Shown: piece after piece, positions 51,196 through 64,000 of the stretch
Numbering within the stretch: position 1 is the first letter of the stretch
Layout of the letters: each line of letters starts with the position of its first letter
Source of the DNA: Camelus dromedarius
Lineage: Eukaryota
Reading direction: 5' to 3'
Length of the DNA: 64,000 bases
Assembly (NCBI RefSeq): GCF_036321535.1
Contig: NC_087436.1
Location: forward strand, 65,288,001 to 65,352,000
Program-made: the position numbers and the translations under genes
The notes under the pieces: model-generated
The model's database searches: none
Told to the model about the DNA's origin: nothing
What the model saw: only the letters and a program-made list of their open reading frames with translations

Positions 51196-51985
51196 CACCA
51201 ATTATGTTTTGAATTTTTTTTCTGATACTTTATCTCTTTCCTCTTATGAGACTCCCATTGTATGTCTATTGGCACAGTTACTAGCATCCTACATTTCTTT
51301 GAAAATCTTTATATTTGTCTTCATTTTTTATGTGTGTGTCTCTTTGCCCTATTCAATGAGTTGAATAATCTATATTGATATATCTGCAAGTTTGCTTTTA
51401 TCAGCTCAGATTTATTGCAGAGTCACTTTAGTAATTTTTTTATTATTGTGTTTTTCAGTTCCAGAATTTTCACTTGGTTAAATATAACTTTTATTATTTC
51501 CTATTTCATGAGACATGGCTATCATTCCTCCCTTAAAATTTTTAAACAGTTTTTGTATATATCTATAACAGCTAATTAAAAGTCTTTGTTTGCTAAATCT
51601 AACATATAGTCTCCTGCAAACATTTTTTTCTGTTGTCTACTTTTTTCCCTATATGTGGATCACAATCTTCTGTTGCCTTTCATGCCTCATTAAAAAGTAG
51701 TTAACATTTTAGGTAATATATTATAGCAACACGGGGACAAATAAATTATCTTGACCACCAAGGCTTGTAGTTAGTTTGATTCTTTGTAAAGATAAAGTGT
51801 TCTGTAATAATTCAAAGAATCTTATAGTAATCCTTACTGTAATCACCAAAAGAATAATATAAAAATGAAGAGCTAAAAATTAATTGTGATTATCAATTAA
51901 TTTAAAGGTAAGTAAAGGAGGAAGACATGAATAAAGAAGTAATTTGACAAATGGAAAACAGTAAAATCTGGTAGAATTAAATTCA

Positions 51986-52091
51986 TATTTAATTCAATTC
52001 TTGACATAACTGAGTTTAATTCATAATTTTAGTACACTTTTATTTAATTCAATTCTTGACATAACTAAGTGTACTAAAATTATGAGTTAAC
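51986..52091. repeat. interleaved direct and inverted repeat (A-B'-A-B)
   Basis: 26-bp exact direct repeat at 51986-52011 and 52041-52066; 19-bp exact inverted repeat at 52021-52039 and 52067-52085. Confidence 0.95.
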
Positions 52092-53174
52092 TACAGAGCT
52101 ATTGAAGGAATTTGAGCAGAGAAGTGTTACCTGGTAATCCAATACAGAAATAGATACAGAATTTTCAGAAACTGGAATATAATAGAGCTATAAACATTAC
52201 AATATCATTTTATATAACTGTTTTTAATTTTGCAAAAATTATATTTTTATTAGTTATAATACTTGTATCTTACATATAATGATTATATTTTTATTGTTTT
52301 TATAATGTATGATAACTGTACACCATATATACATGCAGATAAAATATACAAAATCTATTAAAGGCTGGTATACTTATAAAACTAGCAACTTATTTAAGAT
52401 TATATATCTGAAGAAACAGTTGAAGTAAATTAAAGAGAATATTTTACACATTATAAGGTAAAAGATGTTGGTAATCTAGGGACAAATTTTGGATTTTTAG
52501 GTATTGGTTTAAAAGAAAATGGAGGTTCTATTGAGTTATTTAAGATATAATCTAGGCTTACAGAAGTTGATGCAGTGAGAATAACAATTTTATCATGCTG
52601 AAAATTCAGCAACTCCTAGACTAGAAGGAGCCATGTCTTATTTGAAGTGTCATATGTGTAATATTTTTTTATATAGTAGTCTCCTTCTGGACCTAGAATA
52701 CTTAGCATTTGCTTTCTTTTTCCTAACCTTTAGTGATCATTTCTTTCTCCTGCTGAACTCATCAAAACTCCTCTTGGATATACATCTATATTAAAAAAAC
52801 AAAGAAACACACTTTTATAGAAAAGTTTCTCCATAATTGCGAATTTTGTTTTGATTTGATTTCATTTAATTCCTTCATTCTTTTATTATTCCTATTACCT
52901 CTTTCTCTACCAAGGACCCAAACTTTTTCAGGCTCCATGGTAACCTGTGTAGATCAGCTTTCTTAGAGGATATGCATCCTAATGTCATTTACAGCAGATT
53001 GTCATGGCCAACTAACTCTACTTGCCTTTGTGAGTCAGAGAGGTCACTGGGACCCTAAAACCAGTGGTTCCCTTCTGATGTTAATTCTTGACTTATGATA
53101 AATTCTAAAATTATTTGTCATGAAATGTCAGCAAATTAGCATAGCATTTGGGGGGCATATTGTTACAGTTTATC

Positions 53175-56100
53175 TTCTTTTATTATGGTAAAATACACTT
53201 AACAGTAAAACCTACCATCTTAATCACTTTTAAGTGGAATTAAATACATTTATTATAATGTGATACTATTACCGCCATGCATCTCCAGAACTTTTTTAAT
53301 GTTATAAAACTAAAACTCTGTATCCCTTAAACAATAACTTCCCATTCTCCTTCCCACTCAGCCCCTGGCAATGACAGTTCTACTTTCTCTATGATTTGGA
53401 CTATTTTAAATACCTCATATATGTGGAATCATACAATATTATTTTTGAGACTGGCTTATTTCACTTAGCCTAATGTCCTCAAAGTTCATCCACATTGTAG
53501 AATATGTTATACATGTGTAATGAATGTAGGATTTTAAGGCTGAATATTTCATTTTGTGTATATTCAACATTTTGCTTTCCCATTCATTCACTGATGGGTA
53601 CTTCCACATTTGATCTATTGTGAATAATTCTGCTATGCACATGGGTGATAAATACCTCTTCAAGACTCTGGTTTCAGTTAATTTGTACACATACCAAAAA
53701 GTAAAATTGATGATAATTTTTTGTTTAATTTTATGAGGAACCACTATACCATTTTCTGTAATGGCTGTACCATTTTACATTCCCAATAGCAGTGCACAAG
53801 GATTCCAATTGCACCACAATCTCACTGGCACTTAATATTTTCTGACTTTTGATACTAGCCATCCTAGTGGGTGTGAGATAATATCTCACTGGTTTTAATT
53901 TGCATTTCCCTGATGATTGGTGATGTTAATTTCTTACCATGTGCTTACTGGACGTTTGTGTATCTACTTTGGATATGCAAATCCTTCTCAGGTCCTCTGC
54001 CAAATTTTGATATTGGGTTGTTTGTTTTTCATTGTTATGTTTTATGAGGTCTATTTTTTGGCTGTTAATCTCTTAACATATATATGATTTGCAAAAATTT
54101 TCTACTATGTATGTTGCCATTTTATTCTATTGATAACATCTCTAAGTGTACAAAATTTTTAAATTTTCATGAAGTCCAATTTGTCTTTTTTTACTTGTGT
54201 TGTTTCTGGATTTCATGTCATAGTCAAGAAATAACCACCAAATTCAATGTCACGAAGTTTTTACCCTGTTTTCTTCTAAGACTTTTATAGTTGAAGCTTT
54301 TCCATTTAGATCTTTGATTCATTTGTGTCACTTTTTGTATGTGGTGTTAGGTAAGATCCAGCCTCACTCTTTTGCATGTGACTATCCAATTTTTCCTGCA
54401 CTATTTGTTGAAAAGATTGTACTTTTCTCATAGAATGGTCTTAGCACCCTTCTCAAATCATTTTAGCATATATGTGAGGGTTTATTTTTGGGCTCTCTAT
54501 TTTATTCCGTGATCTATATGTCTCTATATGTCTCTTTATGCCAGTACCACACTTTGATTACTGAAGCTTAGTAATGCTATGAAATCAGGAAGTGTGAGTC
54601 TCCCAGTTTTGTTATTCTTCTTCAAGATTTTTTTGGTTATTTGGGCAGCCCTTGAGATTTCATATTAATTTTAGGATGAGTTTTTCTACTTCTGCACAAA
54701 ATGACATAGGGAGTTTGCTAGGGATTGAATTCAATATAGAAATTGTCTTGGGTAGTACTGACATCTTAAGAATGTTAAGTCTACCACTCCATAAACATGA
54801 GATGTGTTTCCCTTTTTTTATGTTTCCTTTCGTTTCTTTTAGCAACGTTTTGTAGTTTTCATTGTACAAGTCTTTCAGCTCCTTGGTTAATTCCTAAGTA
54901 TTTTATTCTTTTTAATGATATTGTAAATGAAATTGCTTTCTTAAGTTTATTTTAGGATTGTTCATTGTTAATGTATAAAAATGCAAATATTTTTTGCTTG
55001 TTGGCTTTGTATCCACTACTTTGCTAAATTCAAAGTCTAGCAGTCTTTTTTTTTTGTATGTGGATTCCTTAGGGTTTTCTGCATGTAAGAGGACAATATC
55101 TGTGAACAGAGATAATTTTACCTCTTCCTTTCAAAAATGGATGGCTTTTATTTCTTTTTCTTCACTAAGTTGGCTAAATCTTCCAGTACTGTGTTGAACA
55201 GAAGTGTGAAAGTAGGCATCCTTGCCTTGTATCTGATCTTGGAGGAAGAGATTTCAGTCTTTCATTATTAAGCATGATGTTTGCTATGGGTTTTTCATAT
55301 ATGGCTTTTGTATGTTGAGGCAGTCTCTGTTCTGAGTTCCTTGAATGTGAATTTACTTCTGTCATTTTATTATTTGTTTTCCATATGTCTTAAAGCTTTT
55401 TTGTTCCTCATTTCCTGTGTTATTGTCTTTTTATGTTTTGTTGCTTTTTTTTGTAGTAGAATATTTAAATTCCTTTATCATTCCCTCTTGTGTATATTCT
55501 TAAGCTATTTTCTTTGTAGTTACCATGGGGATTACATTTAACATCCTGAAGTTTTAACACTGTAACGTGAATTTATACCAGCTTAACCCAATAACATTAA
55601 AAAAAAAAAATGCTCCTTTATAGTTCCATCCCTGCTTCTTTCAGTTGTTGATGTCACAAAAAGTATGTGCCCCAAAGCATAAACTAATAATTATTTTATA
55701 GTCTCTTGAATTATGTAGAAAATAAACTGTGACATTACAAATTAAAGTTATAATAATACTAGCTTTTAGACTAATAATTGTCGATTTTTTTAAAATATGT
55801 TTTTCATCACGTAGAAAACAAAAAGTGGAATTATAAAGTGTTGTTGCAGTAATACTAGCATTTATAATTGTCCATGTGTTTACTTTAATTGAGATCTTCA
55901 TTTCTTCAAATAGCTTTGAGTTACTGTCTAGTGTCATCTCATTTTAACTTGCAGAACTCTCTTTAGCATTTCTTGCAGGGCAGGTCTGATAGTAATAAAC
56001 TCCCTCAGCTTTTATTTATCTGGAAATGTCTTTACTTCTTCCTCACTTGCAAAGAAAATTTTTGTTGGATATAGGATTATTGATTGGCAGTTTTTTTTTT

Positions 56101-57745
56101 CTTTTAGCACTTTGAATATATCTGCCCACTGCCTTTTAACCTCCAAAGTTTCTGAAAAGAAATCTTATAATCCTATTGAATTCTCTTTAATTTGATGAGT
56201 AATTTCTCTTGCTACTTTCAAGATTCTGTGTCTGTGACTTTTGAAAGTTTTATTATAATGTGATTCAAAATGGGTTTCTTTGCATTTATCCTACTTGGAG
56301 TTTGTTCAGCTTCTTAAGATGTATATATTCATGCCTTTTATTAAATTTGAGAGGTTTTCAGTCATCATCTTTGCAAATGTTCTCTTTGACCTTTCCTCTT
56401 CTCCTTCTGGGACTCTCACTGTATGCTTAATAGTGTCTCATAAGTTCATTAGGCTCTTTTCACATGTCTTCCATCTTTTTTTTCCTGCTTCTCACACTCA
56501 GTACTTTCTAATACCTTATCTCTAATTTGCTGATTCTTTCTTCAACCTGCTCAAATCTACCTTTAAATTCCTTTAGTGAATTTCTTGTTTTGGTGGTTGT
56601 ACTTTTAGCTTCAGGATTTCATTTTGTTTTCTTTATAGATTTTCTTTTCATTGATATTTTCATTTTGTTCATACATCATTTTCTTGATTTATTCCACATC
56701 TTCTTTTTGTTCTTCAAACATCTTTAAGACTGTTTTAAAGCCTTTGTCTAGTATATCTGCTATCAGATCTTTTTCAAGGGTAGCTTTTGTTGATTTTTTT
56801 TCCTTTGAATAGACCATATTATCCTATTTCTGGTTTTTTTTTTTTTAATTGACGTATAGTCAGTTTACAATGTGTCAATTTCTGGTGTACAGCATAATGT
56901 TTAAGTCATATATACATATATATATATGTCATATATATATATTCCTTTTCATATTCTTTTTTCATTATAGGTCACTACAAGATACTGAATATTGTTCCCT
57001 GTGCTATACAATATAAACTTGTTCATCTATTTTATATATAGTAGTTAGTATCTGCCATATTATCCTGTTTCTTTGTATGCCCTGTAATTTTGTTGTTGTT
57101 GTTAAAAACTGGACAATTGAACCTAAAAACATGGTTAGCTCTTTCTTAATCATATTCTCCCAATTTCCCAAGTTTTGCTTAAATTTTTATTGTTGCTGCT
57201 ACTGTTTTGGTTTGCTGTTTTTGTTTTTATTGTTTTAAGCTGTCTCTTTGCCAAGGATCAGCCTGAGTTATATACTTATGGTCTTATCAGCTCTTTTCTG
57301 AGCCTGTTCATTTCTTTTGAATGTCTTAGTCATTAATGTCTGTCTCCCAAAAGGGGGAAAAAGAGATGGGGAAAAAGGGCAGTGTCCCTTTAAAGCCCTT
57401 AGAAATCACTTTAGCTGGAGAAAGGGGGGCTTGCAACAATGGGGGGAGATGCACCAACAATGGTCACCCACTTCTTACTCTACACCTCTGAGATCAGAAG
57501 CAGCAATGAGTGATCAGAGCACAAATCTCTGATATTTGGAGGACGTGTCCTTTTGCCCACTCTGGCTCTGCAAGCTCTGTGCAGGCTGCTTCAGAAAAAA
57601 AAGTGTACAACCATTTGCTACAGGGCTGGGGTTGGGAATGGGTAGTTGCTTCCAAGCTAAGAACTGAAATTCACTAAATTGACCTCAGTTGACCTTCTAA
57701 CCCTTCCCTGGGAAGTTGCAAGCTTTCAATAGGCTAGCTAGAGAC
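53175..57745 (-). mobile_element. L1MB-like element spanning 3' UTR to 5' region with a large internal deletion near 55320
   Basis: 3' terminus attatggtaaaatacacttaaca..aaa..taccatcttaa; ORF2 peptides ENYKTLLKE..CLWSGRLNILKMSVLPK and KAIYEKPIANIMLNNERLK..RQGCLLS; inter-ORF/ORF1-type text 55330-56800; GC-richer 5' text 57250-57745. Confidence 0.88.
56832..57054 (-). mobile_element. 5'-truncated young L1 3' end nested in L1MB
   Basis: Poly(T) then the L1 terminus; 18-bp TSD ccatattatcctatttct (56814-56831) / ccatattatcctgtttct (57055-57072). Confidence 0.93.
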
Positions 57746-59343
57746 TTCATGTCAACTAAGAGATATGACAATATGACAATCAGTGCAGAGTGTGTGTGTA
57801 TGTATTGTTAGTTAGCAGTTTCTTATTCTCACAGAGATTCTTATTAGACCTGGGAATGGACAACAACATGCTTTTGGATCAAAATAAAAGTTCTCTTCAT
57901 TGGATTTGGGGCAGTCATGAAAATGGAAATGATCTGCCTTCTGTTGTAGAGATCAAATTCAGTAAATTAGAAATTATTTACCCTCAAAAATTTACTAGTA
58001 AATAGGGTGCAGTACTAACATGGAGTGACTTTTTAGTAACTTGTGCTTTGGATGTATATTTATAGTAAACTTGGTAATTATAGGTTATTAGGATGATTTT
58101 TCATTTATAATATTCTTATAAAAATGTCAGCATTAGCACAAAAAACAATTAAATTTTCTTAAAAGTAAACAAATTATAAATTATAGTTCTACTTTATCCC
58201 TCACTCACCTACAAAATTTATCAAAAGCCTACGATTTATAAATCTTTCTTCTGTGCCAAGAAAAAAATAGAAAAGGCAAGGATGGAGACTACATCTTAGC
58301 TATTTAAAATTACAGTCCCCTATGACTGAAAAAAAGAGGTACAAACACACACACACACACACAATGCAAAGGAATGCAGTCAAAAGTAAATGCCATAAAT
58401 ATGGTTTGGACAGTAATTGTTAAAAGAATTCAAAAGAGGATAAGATCCTTAACTGCCATCACTTTATCCAAATCTTTTATTTTATTTCTAGTCCTTAATT
58501 AGAATGCTCTTTTGAAACTCACCCTATTATTCTTAACAAAGTTAAAAAAAAAAATAACTCCTTCCCAGGACTTATTCAGGGCTGCCTGGTGTCAAGAATG
58601 CATATAAGTGAATTTTCTCATCTGTCAAGAGCTTCCTTCCTTTAGGGAGTTGTTTTTTGTTTTTTGTTTTTCTTCTGAATGTTCCCAGTTTAATCAAGGA
58701 AAGCTCTGAACTGCCATCTATAGTTAAGTTCCTTGATTTTTTTTCTCCACTCATAGAAACAACATAGATACGAATTATACAGTTTATTGGAAAAAAAAAC
58801 TGAATTAGCTCCTTGAGTATATTTTCTAGATGAGAAATAAAGATAACTTATGTATGCTTATCCTCATTAGCTTTTAACTATTTTCTTTAACTTTATTATT
58901 AGAATGAAATATACATTTTATGATCCCTTAGTATGCTGGATGCTCAGTATGCTTTTAATTGTATCAATATTCTATTGATTTTAATACGTAATAATAAAAT
59001 AATTTTTAGTTTGAACTAATGTCAACCTTTAAAAATGCAGAATTATATCTTAATGGGCAAAATAAAGTGATTTCTCATCTCATTTCTACACTGAGATATC
59101 TAGTCAAATTATGCTAATTTTATTCTTAAGTGAGGATGAACTTAGCACATAATTAGCACTGGTTATAAATTTCCCCCATGGATTCAAGTTAAGCAGTTGA
59201 TCAAACAATTTTTTTCTATACAGCATTTAGATTGGTATCAAGCTAAATAATTTTAGGTATACATACTGTAACACTTCTAGGGATAAATGGGAAATAAGGA
59301 AAATAACATCTATTGAACACTTACCACATACTGTCGTCATCAC

Positions 59344-59890
59344 TGTTGGTTAGAATGTCTTGTTTGTAAATTACAGCAACTATTTCATTCTATTTAAAAT
59401 CAAGGAAAATTTATCATCTCCACAACAAAAAGTCTAGAGTTCTTGTAGTCCCAGCAAGTTAATCAGATGATTAGTGATAACAGGTAGAACACCACCATCT
59501 TTCTGCCATTTTCTGCTTCATTTTCTCCATAGGCTCATAGCAAGTTGGCTACAGTACTCCCTGGCATTATATTCAGACATTAACACATATCTGGAAAGAG
59601 AATGTGAGTTATAAAGTTTCACTTTTAGGGGGAAGAAACATTTTCATACCTTCTGTGAAGACTGCCCCTTGTATTTCTTGCCCATAATTGGATCATACAC
59701 CTAATCCAGTCACTGGCAAGCAAAATGGGAATGCCATGATTAGATTAGCCCAATTAAGAAGTACCCTTAATGCTGGGATAAGAATTCCCTCCCCCAAAGC
59801 ACAGTGCCTTGTGGAGGAGTCTGGATGTCCTTACAGTACTGGGCTTTGGTGAAAGGAGAAAGAGTAAGTGAAGGATGGAGGTACTATCAC
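59344..59890 (-). mobile_element. old MaLR LTR (MLT1J/K/L-like)
   Basis: tgttggttagaatg.ctt...tgtaaattacag.aac start; taatccagtcactggcaag...aatgggaatgccatgatt.g.ttag.ccaat. Confidence 0.72.
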
Positions 59891-60182
59891 AGATATGTGC
59901 TGTAGAAACTTACAGTACCATGCCATCCAGACTTCCTAAGAGCTCTAAAATGTAGTTTGTTTACAAAATAGAAACTGAAACCTGGAGAGAGAGAATATCC
60001 CCAGATAACAAAGCTATAAAATTGACTAGGATTAGAAGCTTTATCCAAATCCAAAGGCTGTGTTATTTCCCCCACACCATGGGATCTTAACCTAGAAACC
60101 CTAAATAACCTAAAAATATGTTAAAACAAGTTCCAATTTCATCAAATATTATGGTGATAGAAAATCATTTATGAGCTAATCC

Positions 60183-60691
60183 TGTTACTGAGTCCAAGCC
60201 TGTACTGCTCTCCACACTATAGGCCAGTAAATCTAGAGATGAGCTGTTAGGACAAGGAGTAATGACTTGATTCAGAAAGCCAGCAAACTGAGAAGATAGT
60301 GAACTAGTGTCCCAGGGAACCATTTTGCCTGGATTTGGATGCTCGTTTCTTTTATAAAATAGAGGGAGGTAAGGAAAGTAAAGTGAAAAGGTGGTAAGTT
60401 GTTGCAAATATTTCCTGGTTCCATCCTGGAGAGGATGTGTTAATTCCTTTTTTTCCCGCAGTTACTTACTGGTGGGCATGGTCAGTATGTTTCCTGTGAG
60501 CTTAAACAAAGGTATTTTAGCTTAACACTCAGGCATGGAAGGCAGGGTTCCAGGAGGTGGGCCATTATGTATACTTTAAGCTATAGCAGTATCACTTTAG
60601 TGATTAATTTGTAACAAAAGCAGGAGAATACAGTGGTTAAAGTAAATGAAACAGATCCAATATAGAGTCAGATTTGTTCCTCCCTAGTACA
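60183..60691 (-). mobile_element. ERV1-type solo LTR (509 bp)
   Basis: TGT...ACA termini, perfect 4-bp TSD atcc (60179-60182 and 60692-60695), TATAAAA on minus near 60351-60357. Confidence 0.9.
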
Positions 60692-62589
60692 ATCCTAGGC
60701 AAAATTCAAAAATCTATAACGTTTTTCCTCTGCATTTTCCAGTTCTTCTCTTCTAAACTCATGTACCAATTAAGTATCTTTGAGAGGAGAATTGTTATTT
60801 TATGCCAAAGCAAAGCTAGCAAGTGGATGACCCTATATTTTTTGGATTCATGTTGTATTCAGAATGTTTATAGGAGAAACAAAATATCTTAACACCTTTT
60901 AAGTTGTGTCAGGAAAAGAATCAAAGATTGATGAAGATAAAATTTTGTGTCTACTCACTGATAATTTAAGAGTGCTTCAGGGATGAGAGGATTAATATCA
61001 TGCCATAGTCAAAATAATTAAAGCTGGAAAATAATCAAGGATCAAGCTTGCTGAGTCTTTCAAATTGAAAAAGACCTGCCAAGACTGATCTTTTCTATTT
61101 GGGAGTTTAGAAATGTTGAATCTAATTACAAACAAAAGCAGGATACAAAGACCGAGGATGAAAGCAGTTTAGAAAAGGTATTTTCTTCTGTAAACTTCAA
61201 ACTCCAGGAAAGTATAAGAAACATAATATGAAGTGAGGTCTCTGCTAAGCCATTAAATCAAACACATGACCAAAGAATGCATGCCAGATGGAGCAGACTG
61301 AGGCGGTAAGCTTTCTTTCATGTTTATTATTTTAAAAATAAGCAGGAGACTGAGGGTGTGTGTGTATGTTAAAAAGAGAAAATAATTTTAGAGTCTTCTA
61401 AAGCCTTAACCTTCTAAACTGCAACTTCAAACTTTAAGAGTTTTTATCTCCCTTATTTCTACTTCTTGCCCTAAAGTCTCTGACTACAGAGCATAGGAGA
61501 GAAAATAGAAAGAGAAGGAAGAAAAAACAGATCATATTAATCTTTTTTAATGTAGGCTTCTAAGCTTTAGTTGAGAAGAGTGAATATTTAAACCTAATGA
61601 CATTAGAACTTGTTTCTAAATCCTGTTTTTTTTTATGCCTAAAAAAGAGAATTTGTTCATTCCATAAAATAAAAATAAATGTTATTTGGATTCATAGAGA
61701 TGGCATTAAACTGAAAAATAGAATAACCACTATCACAGGAAAAATAAAGCTATGCCACGATTTTATCTTGCTGTATCCAGATCATTTGGTAAAATGTTTA
61801 CAGGCACAATGTCTAGCTTTAATGAAATAAGTCAGTTAAATAAGGGAAAGATATTCTTAAAGTCCAAGAAGGAATTTTCTTGTGTAGGCCGAACTGAAGG
61901 TTGTTTGTCACATCTACAGGCCAACTTGTCAGATAAACTTAATGTTTAGAATATTTAATAAACAGACTAATAAAGTCTGATGTCAGGGACAGTTTATAGT
62001 AGAATAAACATGGAAGCAAACTTTAAATACTTACACAAAATTTTATATAAATTTAACCAATTGTAACTTGTTATTTCCCCCACCTCCCCCGACCCCTTTC
62101 GTCTCTTTCTTTTCCTTTTCCTACTGCTGCTTTGTTTTTCTGGGGGAAAAGATGTAAGTTCTGAATGTGTAAGTTTGCAGGCAACTTAGTTACTTTAGAT
62201 GTGTTCAAAGAACTAGTCATCAATGTCACCTATTAGTCACAGCTTACATGAAAGGCCTTAAATGGCAAAACTTAAAGGGCAAATCCAGAAATTTTTTCCA
62301 TGTCACAGTTTTATAACATCTAATTGCACATCATGTTTTGAGGGAAATTTTTTATAATGAGATTTGAACAAAATTCATTATGTCTGCCAGACTCTGGGGC
62401 TTTTTCACTTACCCCTGAAAAATAACATAAAGAGCAGTCAGAATTATGTTGTACACAGATAAACCAGATAAATGTGTTTGCTTAAAAAAAAAACTGCCAG
62501 CATGTTTTTGCACTTAACAGTAAATTCAGATGCACGACCCTATCCTATGAGCCAGTGTGTCAGCTGACCTCTTACCAGATCACCAGCCT

Positions 62590-62895
62590 CATCAGATGTT
62601 CCTGTTCCTTCCTCTTCCTCGATCACTGAGCTTCAGCTACACCAGGTGTCTCAGTCCCTTCCACATGTAGAGCTGTTCCTGCCTCAGAGCTTTTACACAT
62701 GTTATTTTATCTGCTGGGAATGCTTTTTCCACACTCCTCGCACTTTGCTCTAGGAGTAATTCTGTTCTTGCATTCATAGAACATGTCACAATTTGTAAGT
62801 ATGTGTACTGTACGTTTGAGGTCTGTCTCATTATATCAGACCAAATTTGTTTGATCACACAGAGGAAAAAATAAGAATCCACTATCTATGAATGT
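62590..62895 (+). mobile_element. L2 3' fragment
   Basis: gttcctgcctcagagcttttacacatgtt.ttt..tctgctgggaatgct.tttcc. Confidence 0.7.
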
Positions 62896-63254
62896 GTACA
62901 TATTTACATTTATATTTATAATTTGTACAAGCACCAGAATTCTAATTTTTTAACCTCTTGAGACAAACAAAATATACTTTTAAAAGATAATCAAAATATA
63001 TATGCAAATAAAGATCTAATATTTTCTTCTCCCATCCCAATAAATTAAATACCCTCTAAGCAAAGTCATACCACTTGGGAGTACTCTGCAATCATTAAAA
63101 GCAAATTCATTTCTGCTTACTCATTATATATATAGTTGCCTCTGTGTCTTACATAAAATAGGAATTCAGTATGATTGTTGAATGCATGCATGAATAAATA
63201 AATTAATGACTCTTTATGCCAAAGCACAGCAATAGGAAGTAAAAAGATGAATAA

Positions 63255-63520
63255 ATAAATAAACCGTGGTACATTCAGACAAAGAAATATCATTCAGTGC
63301 TAAAACGAAATGAGCTATCAAGCCATGAAAAGACAGGAAAGAACCTTAAATGCATGTTATTAAGTGAAAGAAGCCAGTCTGAAAAGGTTACATACTGTAT
63401 AATTCCAACTGTGTGACATTCTGGAAAAGAAAAAAATCAATGGAGTCGGTAAAAATATCAGTGGTTGCCAAACCCTGGGTGGAGAGAGGATGGATAGATG
63501 ACACAGAGGATTTTTAGGGC
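63255..63520 (+). mobile_element. L1MC/MB-like 3' UTR fragment
   Basis: aaatgagctatcaagccatgaaaagaca.ga..gaaccttaaatgcat.tta.taagtgaaagaagccagtctgaaaagg.tacatactgtat. Confidence 0.85.
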
Positions 63521-64000
63521 TCTTTTGTCAAAGATCAGTTAACTATAATTATGTGGGTCTATTTTGGGGCTCTCTATTCTGTTCCACTGATCTTTTTATA
63601 CTTTCATCAATACCACATAGTAGATTGATAGTCTTGACATCATGTAGTGTCAGTCCTCTGACATTGTTCTTCCTATTCAACACTGTGCTGGTAGTTCTAT
63701 GTCTTTTGCCTTTCTGTATGAATTTTAGAATCAGCTTGTTGATATCTATAAAATAACTTGCTGGGATATTGATTGGAATTGCTCTGATTCTATGAATCAA
63801 GTAAATAACAACTTATATCTTGTCAATACTGAGCCTTCCTATCCATGGACATGGAATATCCCCCATGTATTTAATTCTTTGATATCATTATCATAGTTTT
63901 ATAGTTTTATTCATATAGAGCTTATAAATATTTTCTTAGATTTATACTTAAGTATTTCATTTTATGTGTGCTAATATAAATGGTAATGTGTTTTTAATTT
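63521..64000 (-). mobile_element. L1 ORF2 fragment, runs off the window
   Basis: Peptide IHRIRAIPINIPASYFIDINKLILKFI.KGKR..GLTL.D.KT is the L1 ORF2 post-RT region. Confidence 0.9.

Larger units (their letters stand above)
48418..51770 (-). mobile_element. cluster of L1MB-like fragments with nested insertions
   Basis: 3' termini at ~48420 and ~49030 (aacagctttattgagata..attcacata.catacaat); ORF2-like antisense text 49100-51040; ORF1/5'-like text 51200-51770. Confidence 0.75.

Noticed and set aside
1..64000. CRISPR arrays, operons or a novel multi-gene system
   Set aside because: The sequence is mammalian non-coding DNA with no regularly spaced repeat-spacer array and no intact ORF other than TE debris.

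Overview
AT-rich, CpG-depleted mammalian genomic DNA, most likely camelid, judged from a full-length tRNA-derived Vic-1-type SINE at ~51.1 kb and no recognisable Alu, Bov-A/BovB, PRE-1 or Can-SINE. I found no intact protein-coding gene or recognisable coding exon. Every ORF-track entry with recognisable protein similarity is a decayed LINE-1 ORF2 or ERVL pol fragment. The window is a patchwork of ancient eutherian repeats (L2, MIR, L1MB/MC/ME, MLT1, LTR16/33/41-like, MER3, two ERVL internal remnants) and younger insertions, most with readable target-site duplications (TSDs): seven L1 copies, one SINE, two ERV1-type solo LTRs and a tiny retroposed tRNA-Phe 3' fragment. All nine young non-LTR insertions and most LTRs lie on the minus strand, which suggests the window is inside an intron of a large plus-strand transcription unit. 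The most notable small-scale structures are a candidate L1 3' transduction, a twin-primed L1, the tRNA-Phe micro-retrocopy and two template-switch (fold-back) duplications. I see no evidence for a new multi-gene system. Subfamily names come from recalled consensus sequences and need RepeatMasker/Dfam confirmation. Boundaries without a TSD are approximate.
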